From: a virus
Taxonomy: Duplodnaviria; Caudoviricetes
Reading direction: 5' to 3' (one strand)
IMG/VR virus record: IMGVR_UViG_3300031841_002694
Location: 1 to 40,716 of that record
DNA: 40,716 nt
Shown in pieces: positions 28,115 to 37,799 of the stretch (positions are counted from its first letter, which is position 1; every line of letters begins with the position of its first letter). A program made the position numbers and the translations under genes. The notes under the pieces were generated by a model, which was given only the letters and a program-made list of their open reading frames with translations, ran no database searches and was not told the origin of the DNA.

Positions 28115-29451
28115 TTAATATGTTCAACAACATGTAAAAGCTTATCTTGTACCGTTTCTTTTTCCGCTAAAACCGTTAAAACAGCGTTATCTGCTGTATT
28201 CTCAGCCAAAATATGTAGAACTCTGACGGGTTTGGTTTGCCCCTGCCTATGAAGTCTTGCGTTGAATTGTTGGTATAGCTCAAGGCTCCACGACAGCCCG
28301 TACCATACGATAAGACTGCCGCCTTTTTGCAGATTTAGTCCATGTCCTGCCGAAGCGGGGTGCGCCAGAAGGATAGGGATGTCACCATTGTTCCATTTAT
28401 CCAATACGGAGTTGTCGTTGTCTATAACGACAGCCTCTGGAAATTCTCTAGTCAATATTTCTAAATCTGATTTATAGCTATAGGCTACAAGGAGGGGTTC
28501 GTTTGTTGATTCTACAATTTCACGAAGCGCGTCCAGTTTTGCCGCGTGAATCTTAATAAAGTCGCCATCTTCTGTGTACAAATTACCGTTGGATATTTGT
28601 AACAACTTGTTGATCTGCACTGCCGCATTGACAGAAAGTATCTCGCCGCCGTCATACGCGACTAGAAAGTCACGCTTCATGTCTTCGTATATTTTTCTTG
28701 CTTTGGGTGGTAAGACCACAGGAACGGTCACATCTATTCGTTTTGGCAAATCAATATAGTCATCAGCTTTCATCCGCAACACAACATCGGCCACGGCTTT
28801 GTGGATAGCGTCAGCGCGGTCAGGTTTTACTGCCCATTGATTCCACTGAGGGTTGCCTATTAACGTGCAGTATTTAGCTAGAAACTTCCCACGCGTGTTC
28901 TCTAATCGCTCACCCTTGTCGAGCAAGTATATTTGCGGCCACAGTTCTAGTAATGCGTTAGGCGCGGGTGTGCCAGTAAGCTGAATCATGCGCTTCACCT
29001 TGCCGATAACTTTGCGTAGAGACTTCCAACGCTTCGATGAGTGGCTTTTAAAACTGCTACTCTCGTCAATCACAACGCAGTCATACGGCCAACGCTGACC
29101 AAATTGTTCTACCAACCACGGTATGTTTTCGCGGTTGATGATGTGAAGGTCGGTGTCTTCGTCTAGGGCTTCGCTTCGTTTAGCGGCAGACTTTCCTGCG
29201 ATTACCGTGTATCGCAGATCGATATGCGACCAGTTAGATATCTCTGTCGGCCATGTGTGCGTTGCAACTCGCAGTGGCGCAATAACCAGTGTTCGTTTGA
29301 TGTTTTCGTCTGCGGCTAAATCGCTCAAAGCTGTGAGGGTACTTACTGTTTTGCCTAACCCCATATCGATCCACAGTGCGGCTTTGGGATTGTCCTTAAT
29401 GAACTGTACAGCCTTATGCTGATAGCCGTGTAGGTTTTCTCTTGTCAGCAT
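28099..29451 (-). CDS. SNF2-like SF2 helicase
   Basis: MGLGKT, DESS, LTGTP, GHGLNLQ, ARLHRQGQ motifs. Confidence 0.95.
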   Translation of the reverse strand: MLTRENLHGYQHKAVQFIKDNPKAALWIDMGLGKTVSTLTALSDLAADENIKRTLVIAPLRVATHTWPTEISNWSHIDLRYTVIAGKSAAKRSEALDEDTDLHIINRENIPWLVEQFGQRWPYDCVVIDESSSFKSHSSKRWKSLRKVIGKVKRMIQLTGTPAPNALLELWPQIYLLDKGERLENTRGKFLAKYCTLIGNPQWNQWAVKPDRADAIHKAVADVVLRMKADDYIDLPKRIDVTVPVVLPPKARKIYEDMKRDFLVAYDGGEILSVNAAVQINKLLQISNGNLYTEDGDFIKIHAAKLDALREIVESTNEPLLVAYSYKSDLEILTREFPEAVVIDNDNSVLDKWNNGDIPILLAHPASAGHGLNLQKGGSLIVWYGLSWSLELYQQFNARLHRQGQTKPVRVLHILAENTADNAVLTVLAEKETVQDKLLHVVEHINTTNT

Positions 29452-29708
29452 AGCAACGCTTTACCTTTTTCTATGCTGTCGATGATGTGGACTTCCCAAC
29501 CAACTGACTCCAACCTGCGATGAATTGCTTGTTGGTATGGGGTTGGCTTTTTGTTTGGCGCTTTAAACTCCACGATCATCAGTTGTCCGTTTTTAAAATA
29601 GAGTCGGTCAGGCACACCGCGCTGTGACGGTGACACCCACTTATAAGAAAGCCACCCATTAGCTTTTGCGGCTTCGGTGACTTTCTTCTCAATGTATGAC
29701 TCCCTTAT
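29445..29708 (-). CDS. VRR-NUC nuclease (apparent ATA start)
   Basis: IRESYIE...GVPDR...VEFKAP...Q motifs; in-frame stop 5 codons upstream of the ATA. Confidence 0.8.
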   Translation of the reverse strand: MRESYIEKKVTEAAKANGWLSYKWVSPSQRGVPDRLYFKNGQLMIVEFKAPNKKPTPYQQAIHRRLESVGWEVHIIDSIEKGKALLC

Positions 29709-31603
29709 TTTCTGTACCTCTTAGACTCATATCCTTCCGCTGTCACTGGCAAACCTTCAGCCCATTCCGGTAAAACACACATCAACTTTTCAAACTCTTC
29801 AAGCGTCCCAAGATCGTCTGGTACATCAGCAACAATTTCATCGTGAACGTGTAGAACCACGGGGTAGCCTGACTTCTCAAGTCTCAGAACGGCCTCCGCA
29901 AGAATGTCTCTGGCAACAGCCTGAGTGATCGACTGAACCAGTGAGCCGCCATACGCTTTGATCTCACCCCATTTATGTGTGTGGTTATTCATTCCGCTGT
30001 AAACGAGATCCATGCCCCTGTCACCCTGAGTCATTTTTGCTTCAGGAAATGACAAGATGCGCCCACTGGGTAGCTTGAATAACAGGTCATCGCTCACAAA
30101 CTTAAACGAGCCTTTGGCCGCAGGGAACTCTTTGCCTTTATAACTGACAGCGTTACGGGCGGCTTTTTCTGTCGCTATCCACAGGTTCTTAATAGGAGTG
30201 TTGGCATCACGCCAGTCGTTACGAATCTTCAGCGCCTGATCTTCAGACACTTCAACGCCGTATGCTTCTGACATTTTTTGGAAGGCGCGAACACCGCCTT
30301 GATATCCAAGCGCCAGTGTTGCCACCTTGCCAACAAAGCGTTGGTCGTAATCGACCTCGCTGTACGCTATTCCGTACATGTTGGCGGCTGTAAATTTGTA
30401 GATGTCTTTGTCATCTCTGAAAATGTTGAGTACATCTTCATGGTCAGCAAGCCACGCAAGCACACGCGCTTCTATCGATGAATAGTCGGATACTATGAGT
30501 CTATGATCATCGGAGGCTATGAGCATTCCGCGTAAACAGCTTGCCAACGCTTCCATCGGTTCGCCATCAATCTGCTCTGGATCACGGTGCTTCATTTGCT
30601 CGATCACAGCATCAACATCGTCTATGGTTGGGCGTGGGAGGTTTTGAGGTTGAAAGTGCCTACCCGCCCATCTGCCTGTCGCCGCGCCGTGATACATGAG
30701 AACGCCACGCGCTCTGCCATCACTTCCAAGCACCGTTTTCATTGCGTCATATTTCTTTGTACTAGACTTCGACAGAGCCTGTCGTATTTCAAGAAATTTC
30801 TTGACGTTGGCAGGGCACTCATCGTCTGCAAGCGCGGCTGATATGGTCGCTTTGTCATAACCTGCCAATGGGTAGTTTTGATCTTCACACCACTGCAACG
30901 CTTTGGCGCGTGAGCCTGTGGAGTCCATGAATCCTTCGGTAATCTTTTCAACTTCTTTGTTTAGCTTGAAGCTGTGCTTGGCGATAATGTCTAAAGCGTT
31001 ATAGATTGCTGTTCGATCTAAACGCACACCTCGCCAGTTAATTAGTTGATCCGTTTCCCAGACTTGTTGCTCCAAACCTCTGAGGTTGCGGAGCTTGTAG
31101 CGGATCTCACGTTCTGCCACGACATCTTGCAAACAGTAGTCGTAAAGTTCTTGTAAAAGTTCAGGGTCTTTCCTGCGCTCTCCGCGATAGGGTTTGCACA
31201 GTCTCTGAATAAGAATCTTGCCGCGCTTCGATTTCGCCGCATCACCAGTAAGACCCAGTGCTTCACCACACTTACCAAGGGCGCGGGGGTACGCTTGTGC
31301 GGCGGCAAGGGCGGCGGTATCACGCCACTGTTTAATAGGGACTCGCGGCCAATCGAGAAGAACATTCCAAATGCTCATTTCAAAAAAGGAGTTCCACGCC
31401 CACAGTGTTGCGCCTTCTTCTATAAGACTAAAAAGTTCAGTAGGAATCGGATCTTCTGGAGTCCAAAGCTGTGCGGGTTGATCGTCAACAGCCCAAGCAA
31501 GACACAAGACTTCGGTGGTGGTGTGATCTGCGTATGCGTATGCGCCAGACTTGAATATGTCGCACTCACTGTATGTCTCAAAATCAATAGAAATATTTTT
31601 CAA
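29705..31603 (-). CDS. Family A DNA polymerase with 3'-5' exonuclease
   Basis: DFET (ExoI), DYSSIEAR (motif A), K...LALGY (motif B), HVHDE (motif C); likely TTG start overlapping the upstream stop. Confidence 0.95.
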   Translation of the reverse strand: MKNISIDFETYSECDIFKSGAYAYADHTTTEVLCLAWAVDDQPAQLWTPEDPIPTELFSLIEEGATLWAWNSFFEMSIWNVLLDWPRVPIKQWRDTAALAAAQAYPRALGKCGEALGLTGDAAKSKRGKILIQRLCKPYRGERRKDPELLQELYDYCLQDVVAEREIRYKLRNLRGLEQQVWETDQLINWRGVRLDRTAIYNALDIIAKHSFKLNKEVEKITEGFMDSTGSRAKALQWCEDQNYPLAGYDKATISAALADDECPANVKKFLEIRQALSKSSTKKYDAMKTVLGSDGRARGVLMYHGAATGRWAGRHFQPQNLPRPTIDDVDAVIEQMKHRDPEQIDGEPMEALASCLRGMLIASDDHRLIVSDYSSIEARVLAWLADHEDVLNIFRDDKDIYKFTAANMYGIAYSEVDYDQRFVGKVATLALGYQGGVRAFQKMSEAYGVEVSEDQALKIRNDWRDANTPIKNLWIATEKAARNAVSYKGKEFPAAKGSFKFVSDDLLFKLPSGRILSFPEAKMTQGDRGMDLVYSGMNNHTHKWGEIKAYGGSLVQSITQAVARDILAEAVLRLEKSGYPVVLHVHDEIVADVPDDLGTLEEFEKLMCVLPEWAEGLPVTAEGYESKRYRK

Positions 31604-31887
31604 AGCAGTGACCTCTTCAACCACTCAGTAGATAGCGTGTTGTCATCATCTGGATATTTAAGGCGATGTGAGCTTGTTGGTTTATTGCGCTTTTTTGGCT
31701 CAAGGTCTTTATCTTCGATATAAACAGAGCGCAGTGACCCTGCTCTTTTCTTCTTCATACCCATGCGGTTTTTAAGCAGGGTGTAGGGAATGTCGGCCAG
31801 TTCAGCAATCTCTTTTACTATAACGCTTTTGCCTGTCAATTCTGGGTAGCGTTCACCAACGTAGGGGTAGCTAAGTGTTGCTTTCAT
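31600..31887 (-). CDS. Hypothetical protein (possible HTH)
   Basis: ORF with AGGT RBS; VKEIAELADIPY.LL segment. Confidence 0.65.
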   Translation of the reverse strand: MKATLSYPYVGERYPELTGKSVIVKEIAELADIPYTLLKNRMGMKKKRAGSLRSVYIEDKDLEPKKRNKPTSSHRLKYPDDDNTLSTEWLKRSLL

Positions 31888-31969
31888 CGTTCTGCACCTA
31901 TGCAGGGCTTATAAAAGCCCCGCATCTCTTGCCAATTTAACACCATAATTACAACTAAATGGTGTATCT

Positions 31970-32518
31970 TTAGACCAAAAAATCATCAGTTTCTGCGTCA
32001 GCCGCTTGCTCAGATGAAATGTCATCAAAGACATCATTCACTTTCACGCCGCCGCCTCCAAACGACTCACCATCTTTAACAAACTGGAGAGCCAGTAGAT
32101 TGGAGTTAACGCGCTTACCAAACTGATTGTTTTGTATCCAGATTGAAATGGCCGCGTTGACATAACACCCTGCGTATATCTTTTCGTCTTCCTCAACGAG
32201 AGGAGTGCGGTCGCGGTCAATGATGGTGGGGCGCTGACGGGTAGAGCAGGAGACAAACATGGCGTTTTCATAGCCATCATACGCTTTGTCATTGCCATCG
32301 CCTAAAAAGGTTTTTAACCCTTTCGGGATCTCACCATTAAAGCCAACCGTTGCGGCTTGCTTGATGGCTTTCTTCAGCTTTTCGATCTGCTCTTTATCTG
32401 CATCCTTATCTAGCAACAGGTTGGCAGAGTATTTCGCTGTCTGGCCTTCCATGTATGCTTTTGGAGTCCAGATTTGTGGGAATGATAAACGTACATTTTT
32501 CAGGGTTATTGTAGACAT
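31970..32518 (-). CDS. DUF2815 ssDNA-binding protein
   Basis: NVRLSFP, YAGCYVNA, QFVKDGE motifs; acidic tail. Confidence 0.9.
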   Translation of the reverse strand: MSTITLKNVRLSFPQIWTPKAYMEGQTAKYSANLLLDKDADKEQIEKLKKAIKQAATVGFNGEIPKGLKTFLGDGNDKAYDGYENAMFVSCSTRQRPTIIDRDRTPLVEEDEKIYAGCYVNAAISIWIQNNQFGKRVNSNLLALQFVKDGESFGGGGVKVNDVFDDISSEQAADAETDDFLV

Positions 32519-32529
32519 TAAGACTTTTC

Positions 32530-33657
32530 CTATTCTATATCAGTAAAAAAATCAGCCGCTTCTGGCTTAACAGCAGGACGTGGGTCTGTGTCCGGTGCAA
32601 GCTGTGGGCGACCTTCGGGTTTGTGGATGAGATCAACGATCTCTCCGTACTTCGCCTTCCCAAGCGCCTTTTCTGCTTGAGTGGGTGAAATCAGTTTTGA
32701 TGTGTAGGCTTCATCGCCTAGCATCTGAATGAGTTGTTCTTCGGCAACGTCAGCGTCTAACCATTTGCGTTGCCCTCTACCCGCTACCAGTTTGTAGTTA
32801 GGCAAAATGCCGCCATCCATCAGAAGCTTATGCGCGTGTTTCTGAACGCCCTGCGCCCATCCGATTAGCGCATCCATTTTAGGGAGTAGGTTGCTTATCT
32901 CTTCAACATTTAAGGTGTGAGGCACTTGTACAAGCAGAGGCTCTTCTAAATTGTCAAAGCTCGACAAAGTGAGTTCGTAGTTGTGCTTCGCCAGTGCGCG
33001 GCAAGTCGCCTTCGCTTTGCAAAAGTGACACGCTTTTTTGCTTGGGTTGAACTCAGGCTCTGGCGACATAGTTCTACGGGCGGCGGGTTTTACCACCTCG
33101 TCAGCCCACTTAAATAGATCCTTGGCTCTCATCGAATATGTATCGATATGATCTAGCCTTGGCTGAACGATGGTCATGCTCACGGTATCCACTTTATCTA
33201 TAAACTCGTAAGCCGCTCCTAGTCCATAGAGCATTAGTTGCTCGTTGCGGTTGGCGTTTACCTTTAAGCCTTGGCCGTATTTGAGATCGATGACGTGCAA
33301 TACGCCATCGTGTAGCACAACAAAGTCAGCCGTTCCGAATCCACCGCTTGCCCATTCTGAATAATCCACTCTCAACTCAACGTGAGCCTCGTCAGATTCC
33401 TGCGCGTTGCAAAAATCGACATAAGTAGCAACGTGTGAGGCCATGACTTCATCAACAACAAAGCCCTCGAACTCAACGCCTATGAAGTGCTCTGGTGGTT
33501 TCTGTTTCAGTAAACACTCTTCAGCAAGCGCATGGGCGGCAGTACCTTCAGCGGCATAAAAAGATTCTTGATCAGGAATTGTAGCTTCTAGTTGGATAGA
33601 GGCAGGGCAGGTCATCCATCTGTGCGCCTTACTTGCACCTAACATTGCGTGTTTCAT
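32530..33657 (-). CDS. DUF2800 Cas4-like PD-(D/E)XK exonuclease
   Basis: HA.L.AS.AHRW..CP, EGT.AH, GT.D, IDLKYG, QL.LY, C.FC motifs. Confidence 0.9.
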   Translation of the reverse strand: MKHAMLGASKAHRWMTCPASIQLEATIPDQESFYAAEGTAAHALAEECLLKQKPPEHFIGVEFEGFVVDEVMASHVATYVDFCNAQESDEAHVELRVDYSEWASGGFGTADFVVLHDGVLHVIDLKYGQGLKVNANRNEQLMLYGLGAAYEFIDKVDTVSMTIVQPRLDHIDTYSMRAKDLFKWADEVVKPAARRTMSPEPEFNPSKKACHFCKAKATCRALAKHNYELTLSSFDNLEEPLLVQVPHTLNVEEISNLLPKMDALIGWAQGVQKHAHKLLMDGGILPNYKLVAGRGQRKWLDADVAEEQLIQMLGDEAYTSKLISPTQAEKALGKAKYGEIVDLIHKPEGRPQLAPDTDPRPAVKPEAADFFTDIE

Positions 33658-33684
33658 TAAAACCTCACTAAAAGTAGCAAATAC

Positions 33685-33742
33685 AACCATTTGTGGTTGA
33701 CACAATATTCATCTGTAATTATTGTGTCAACCTCAAATGGTT
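33685..33742. promoter_or_regulatory. Symmetric bidirectional sigma70 promoter formed by a 23-bp inverted repeat
   Basis: Arms match 22/23 with a 12-bp spacer; both strands read TTGACA-N17-TATTGT. Confidence 0.8.
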
Positions 33743-33768
33743 AAATTTATTTTCAAAAAGGAAAATTT

Positions 33769-34050
33769 ATGATTTACGTTTCGGAGTACGCACCTGCCGT
33801 AAAGGAAGCGATTAACAATGTTTTAGTCGCGTCTGACATTAAAAACTTTAACGCTCTTGCAAGACGTTTAGATGTGTCTAAGCAAGCATTAAGTAAGTGG
33901 CGGCAGACGGGAATCGTTCCCGCGCACCGCGCCTTGCAAATGGAGTTGCTCTCAGGTGGCAAGGTCAGTTGGAAAAAGATTTGCCCCGACATTGTTGCAG
34001 AATTTGAAAATGCGTCTGAGGTGATTCACTCAAGCAGTAGAGTTGGTTAA
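33769..34050 (+). CDS. Cro/YdaS-like HTH regulator
   Basis: ALARRLDVSKQALSKW...VP..RA..ME..S.G.V....CPD. Confidence 0.85.
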   Translation: MIYVSEYAPAVKEAINNVLVASDIKNFNALARRLDVSKQALSKWRQTGIVPAHRALQMELLSGGKVSWKKICPDIVAEFENASEVIHSSSRVG

Positions 34051-34083
34051 TGCGTTTTTGAACTGTCGGAGAGGTAGGCGCAA

Positions 34084-36351
34084 ATGGCGTTTTTGAAAGA
34101 GCATGGGCATCAGTTGGTCGATAGAGGCTACGAGATTGTCCCGATTATGAAAGGGAAAAAAGCACCCATGATTAAAGGGTGGCAAGACATACGCGCAACG
34201 CATGACGATGTAGATAGGTGGCTGTCGAACGGTCACTCCGATGGTGGTGTAGGCATTCTTTGCCGAAACACCGTTGCCGTTGATATCGACTGCTTAGACG
34301 CACCACTAAATCATAAGCTTTTGCGGTGGCTCGATGAAAACGTAGGGCGGTCTGCCGTTCGAGTAGGCCAAAAACCAAAGTGCATTCTACCGTTTAGGGT
34401 AGAAGGTAAGTTCTCAAAGATTAGAAGCTGTGAGTATGAGGACGCGCTTGGTAGCAAACACGCAGTTGAGGTGTTAGCCGAAGGCCAACAGTTTGTGGCG
34501 TTCGGGATACACCCTTCTACTAATGAGCCTTACAAGTGGGTCAGAGGCAAAAGCATTGCCGATATGTCTCAGGCGGAGTTGCCTGTCATTAGTAAAGAAC
34601 AAGCTGAAGCGTTCGTTGCCTACTTTGAAGAGTTGGCAAAAGAGCAGGAAGGATGGGAATTAGCTCGTAGAGGCATGTCTGCGGCAGATATTGATCCCGA
34701 TGATCTGTCGATGTTTAAGCCGAAAATGGACATGGACGATGAAGCGGTGCGTGACTTACTCGCTGTTGTTGATCCTGACACTCACCATGACGAGTGGGTG
34801 AGAGTTGGGATGGCGTTGCATCACCAATATGACGGCTCCGATGAGGGATGGATGCTCTGGGATGAATGGTCATCTCAAGGTAGCAAATACCGTGAAGGTG
34901 AGTGTGAGCGCAGATACGCCACGTTCGATGCGAAGGGTAGGACACCAATCACTTTGGCATCGGTCAAGGCGATGGAGAAGGAAGCTGTAAGCCATGAAAT
35001 AAAGGAAGAGCGACTTCCGAAAATGCTTAGAGAGTGGGCTTTTGTGCATGTTGAAGGGTCTGCCCGTGTCATTCGTGAGGACATCAACAAGCACAACAAC
35101 ATCGTGCTGTATAAGTTGGAAGATTTGAAAAAAGAACATATGAACTGCCGTGTTCTGTCGGGCGATGAGAAGCCTAAGCTGATGAACCTCGTGGATTTGT
35201 GGTTGGAGCATCCAGACCGTAGAACCTATGCGGCAGGGCTGACGTTTGCACCTGATATGCAGATCCTAGAGCGTTACAACCTCTGGCGGGGTTGGTCAGT
35301 CGAGGCTGAAGAGGGTGACGTTGAGCCGTGGCTCGATTTCGTTACGAATGTGATCGCTGACGGCAACGAAGCCTACGCTACTTATATCATCGCGTGGGCG
35401 GCACAAATGATCCAGAACCCTATGACGAAGGTGGGCGTGGGTCTGGTACTGCGAGGTCGTAAAGGCACAGGTAAAACAAAGTTTGGTGAGCTACTTGGCG
35501 GTCTGGTTAAAGCACACCACAAGATTGTGAGCCGCGCTGAACATGTGACCGGAAACTTTAACCGTCACCTCGAAGACACGCTACTCTTGCAAGCTGACGA
35601 GGCTTACTGGGCAGGAGCAAAAGCCTCTGAAGGTGCGCTCAAAGATTTGCTAACCAATCCAAACATTACGATTGAGCGGAAGGGCGTTGACGCATACACC
35701 GCCGCAAACTACACCCGAATCCTGTTTACGAGTAACGAAGAGTTTGTAGTTCCTGCGTCACTTGATGAACGCCGCTTTGCTGTGTTCGATGTGGGCGAAA
35801 GTCGCAAGCAAGACAGCGAATATTTCTCTGCACTCGACAACTGGTACAACTCTGGTGGTGCCGAAGCACTGCTTCATTACCTACGAAATTTTAACCTGTC
35901 CAATATCAACTTGCGTCTTGTCCCTCAAACTGACGCGCTGACAGATCAGAAGTTAGAGGCACTCGATAACGTCACTGAATGGCTCTACAACTGCCTACAG
36001 AACGGAGAGATCAGAGAGAACAGGGTAGGCGGCAACGTCATCCAGTTTGGCACAGAAGCTCCAAAGGCTGAGATATACGACATCTACGCTAGTAGCCTGA
36101 AAGGTAATAAGTTTGAAGTGCCAGTGAAGTCAGCACCGTTCTGGAAGAAGCTAAAAATGTATGGCGATCTATTTGCCGATGGCACTCAGAAGTGTGATGC
36201 AGGGCATCGGTATCGCACGATGAAGATCAACACTGCTGAAGCCTCGCGCTTCATTTTCGCGGCGACCAATAAACTCAACATCGAATGGGCAACGCTCGAC
36301 ATGGGCGCAGTAAATGATGACCCCTTTGATCCTAATAACTGGGAGGACTAA
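34084..36351 (+). CDS. Prim-pol + PriCT-2 + SF3 (DUF5906/D5-like) primase-helicase
   Basis: VDID, HP, WVRVGMALH..WDEWS..G.KY, GRKGTGKT, ADE, ERRF motifs. Confidence 0.92.
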   Translation: MAFLKEHGHQLVDRGYEIVPIMKGKKAPMIKGWQDIRATHDDVDRWLSNGHSDGGVGILCRNTVAVDIDCLDAPLNHKLLRWLDENVGRSAVRVGQKPKCILPFRVEGKFSKIRSCEYEDALGSKHAVEVLAEGQQFVAFGIHPSTNEPYKWVRGKSIADMSQAELPVISKEQAEAFVAYFEELAKEQEGWELARRGMSAADIDPDDLSMFKPKMDMDDEAVRDLLAVVDPDTHHDEWVRVGMALHHQYDGSDEGWMLWDEWSSQGSKYREGECERRYATFDAKGRTPITLASVKAMEKEAVSHEIKEERLPKMLREWAFVHVEGSARVIREDINKHNNIVLYKLEDLKKEHMNCRVLSGDEKPKLMNLVDLWLEHPDRRTYAAGLTFAPDMQILERYNLWRGWSVEAEEGDVEPWLDFVTNVIADGNEAYATYIIAWAAQMIQNPMTKVGVGLVLRGRKGTGKTKFGELLGGLVKAHHKIVSRAEHVTGNFNRHLEDTLLLQADEAYWAGAKASEGALKDLLTNPNITIERKGVDAYTAANYTRILFTSNEEFVVPASLDERRFAVFDVGESRKQDSEYFSALDNWYNSGGAEALLHYLRNFNLSNINLRLVPQTDALTDQKLEALDNVTEWLYNCLQNGEIRENRVGGNVIQFGTEAPKAEIYDIYASSLKGNKFEVPVKSAPFWKKLKMYGDLFADGTQKCDAGHRYRTMKINTAEASRFIFAATNKLNIEWATLDMGAVNDDPFDPNNWED

Positions 36352-36353
36352 TT

Positions 36354-36608
36354 ATGGGTAAAGGTAGCAAAGCAAGACCGATAAGCATTACTGCGAACGA
36401 GTTTTGGGACAACTGGGACAGGGTGTTCGGAGATAAAGAAGAAAAGCGTTATGAGTTCCACTGCAACAGGTGTGGTGGCCTTGATAAGGTGGACGTTTAC
36501 GAAGAGATCGAGATTAACTGGGAGCCTTACGGTGACCAGACAGTGCCGCGACCTGTGGCTAATTTAAGCTGTGAGCGTTGTGGTGATGAAGTTGAATATG
36601 TTCTGTAG
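36354..36608 (+). CDS. Small Zn-ribbon protein
   Basis: CNRC...CERC; GGAGG RBS. Confidence 0.75.
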   Translation: MGKGSKARPISITANEFWDNWDRVFGDKEEKRYEFHCNRCGGLDKVDVYEEIEINWEPYGDQTVPRPVANLSCERCGDEVEYVL

Positions 36609-36641
36609 TTCCCCCTGAAGCGGCCACCTCTCCGCTTCCTT

Positions 36642-36671
36642 GCCTCGACCCGAAAGGGTCGGGGCTTTTTT
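36642..36671 (+). terminator. Terminator of the cro-primase operon
   Basis: GCCTCGACCC-GAAA-GGGTCGGGGC-T6. Confidence 0.9.
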
Positions 36672-36678
36672 ATGGGCG

Positions 36679-36701
36679 AAAAAAACCCCTCCGAAGAGGG
36701 G
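36679..36701 (-). terminator. Terminator for leftward genes
   Basis: Minus strand CCCCTC-TTCG-GAGGGG-T7. Confidence 0.85.
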
Positions 36702-37059
36702 CTGTTAGGTTAGTCATGCTAACCTCGCGTCTTGGCAAAGTATTTCTCAACGTGTTTGGGGTAGTCACCCTGCAATGCACCATGGACTATCGGGTACATA
36801 TCACGGTCTACAAGTCCCTGCTCGTCATTACCAACATCCACCCAGATTTCTATCATCGTGCGTCCATCGATACGAGCCGCACAACCTAGTGCGTCATGGT
36901 ATGTGTTAGCAAAGTCATAGTCTTGGATGTCACCATGCTCATCTAATTCCGCAATCGCGTACTCGTATGTACGTTCGAGCGGCTTGTTGTGTGAATCAGC
37001 TAATACGTTCATTTTATTTCCCTCAGTAAATGCCCCTCCGAAGAGGGGCTGTTAGGTTA
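36686..37059. repeat. 27-bp direct repeats (36686-36712, 37033-37059) flanking one gene
   Basis: CCCCTCCGAAGAGGGGCTGTTAGGTTA identical in both copies. Confidence 0.9.
36719..37012 (-). CDS. Hypothetical protein
   Basis: ORF with GAGGG RBS. Confidence 0.7.
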   Translation of the reverse strand: MNVLADSHNKPLERTYEYAIAELDEHGDIQDYDFANTYHDALGCAARIDGRTMIEIWVDVGNDEQGLVDRDMYPIVHGALQGDYPKHVEKYFAKTRG

Positions 37060-37239
37060 CTCATCAGATAATCTGGTTACTGGTTCATCTGCCTTAACGT
37101 AAAATCTGCCTACGCTACCTTCAGGGCAATGGATCATTCTACCTGTATTCCACCAAATGCCATGTCCCTTTTCCATTATCTGACCTTCTTCATTTCTGAA
37201 TACATCGCAAGCGTTTAACTTTTCAAAAGTTGTTTCCAT
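37057..37239 (-). CDS. Hypothetical protein
   Basis: ORF with GAGG RBS downstream of a strong promoter. Confidence 0.7.
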   Translation of the reverse strand: METTFEKLNACDVFRNEEGQIMEKGHGIWWNTGRMIHCPEGSVGRFYVKADEPVTRLSDE

Positions 37240-37300
37240 TGGTCACTTCCTCATTCTAGTTGTTAAAGAACTGCCGACACTTTCCCCCATCGACAAGTCG

Positions 37301-37341
37301 ATTATATCAACTATAGATAGATAAGTCAACTAAGAGTTGTA
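37301..37341 (-). promoter_or_regulatory. Strong sigma70 promoter with overlapping operator
   Basis: TTGACT-N17-TATAAT; operator GTCAAC-N5-GTTGTA at 37325-37341. Confidence 0.85.
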
Positions 37342-37426
37342 TCCCGTTTGATCCAGTCAGCCTGTGCGGTTACTTTCAATGGGCATTCCTACTGCTGTCA
37401 GGCGTATTCCAAAGGTATGTGGTAAA

Positions 37427-37467
37427 TACAACAAGTAGTTGACACGGGTGTGACGGTTGGCTAGTAT
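37427..37467 (+). promoter_or_regulatory. Sigma70 promoter with overlapping operator
   Basis: TTGACA-N17-TAGTAT; operator TACAAC-N5-GTTGAC at 37427-37443. Confidence 0.8.
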
Positions 37468-37499
37468 GTCACCTCATTCAACAAAAAGTGAGAAGTGAT

Positions 37500-37799
37500 A
37501 TGAAGATAGAAATGTATCAATTTGAAGTGATGGACGCGATTGCCTTTTATGCCAAAGAAAAGCTTGGTTTAAACATGAATCCTCACTCTGCCGACTCCCG
37601 CATCAGTTTAGACGTTAATGAGTGGAAGCCACAGTATCAGAAGCACAGCAACGGTAAGTATGTGCGCGATGAAAACGGCCACGCCATTCTGAGCGATGAC
37701 GCTGAACATTGGGTCAATCACAAATTAGAATTTGGTGACATGGACACGATGTCGATCTACTTCTGGACTGACGAAGATGATCAGGAGGTGGCGGCATGA
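37500..37799 (+). CDS. Hypothetical protein
   Basis: ORF downstream of the promoter; start at 37488 or 37500. Confidence 0.7.
   Translation: MKIEMYQFEVMDAIAFYAKEKLGLNMNPHSADSRISLDVNEWKPQYQKHSNGKYVRDENGHAILSDDAEHWVNHKLEFGDMDTMSIYFWTDEDDQEVAA

Noticed and set aside
32530-33657. Cas4-like nuclease as a CRISPR component
   Set aside because: DUF2800 next to DUF2815, PolA, VRR-NUC and SNF2 is a standard phage replication module.
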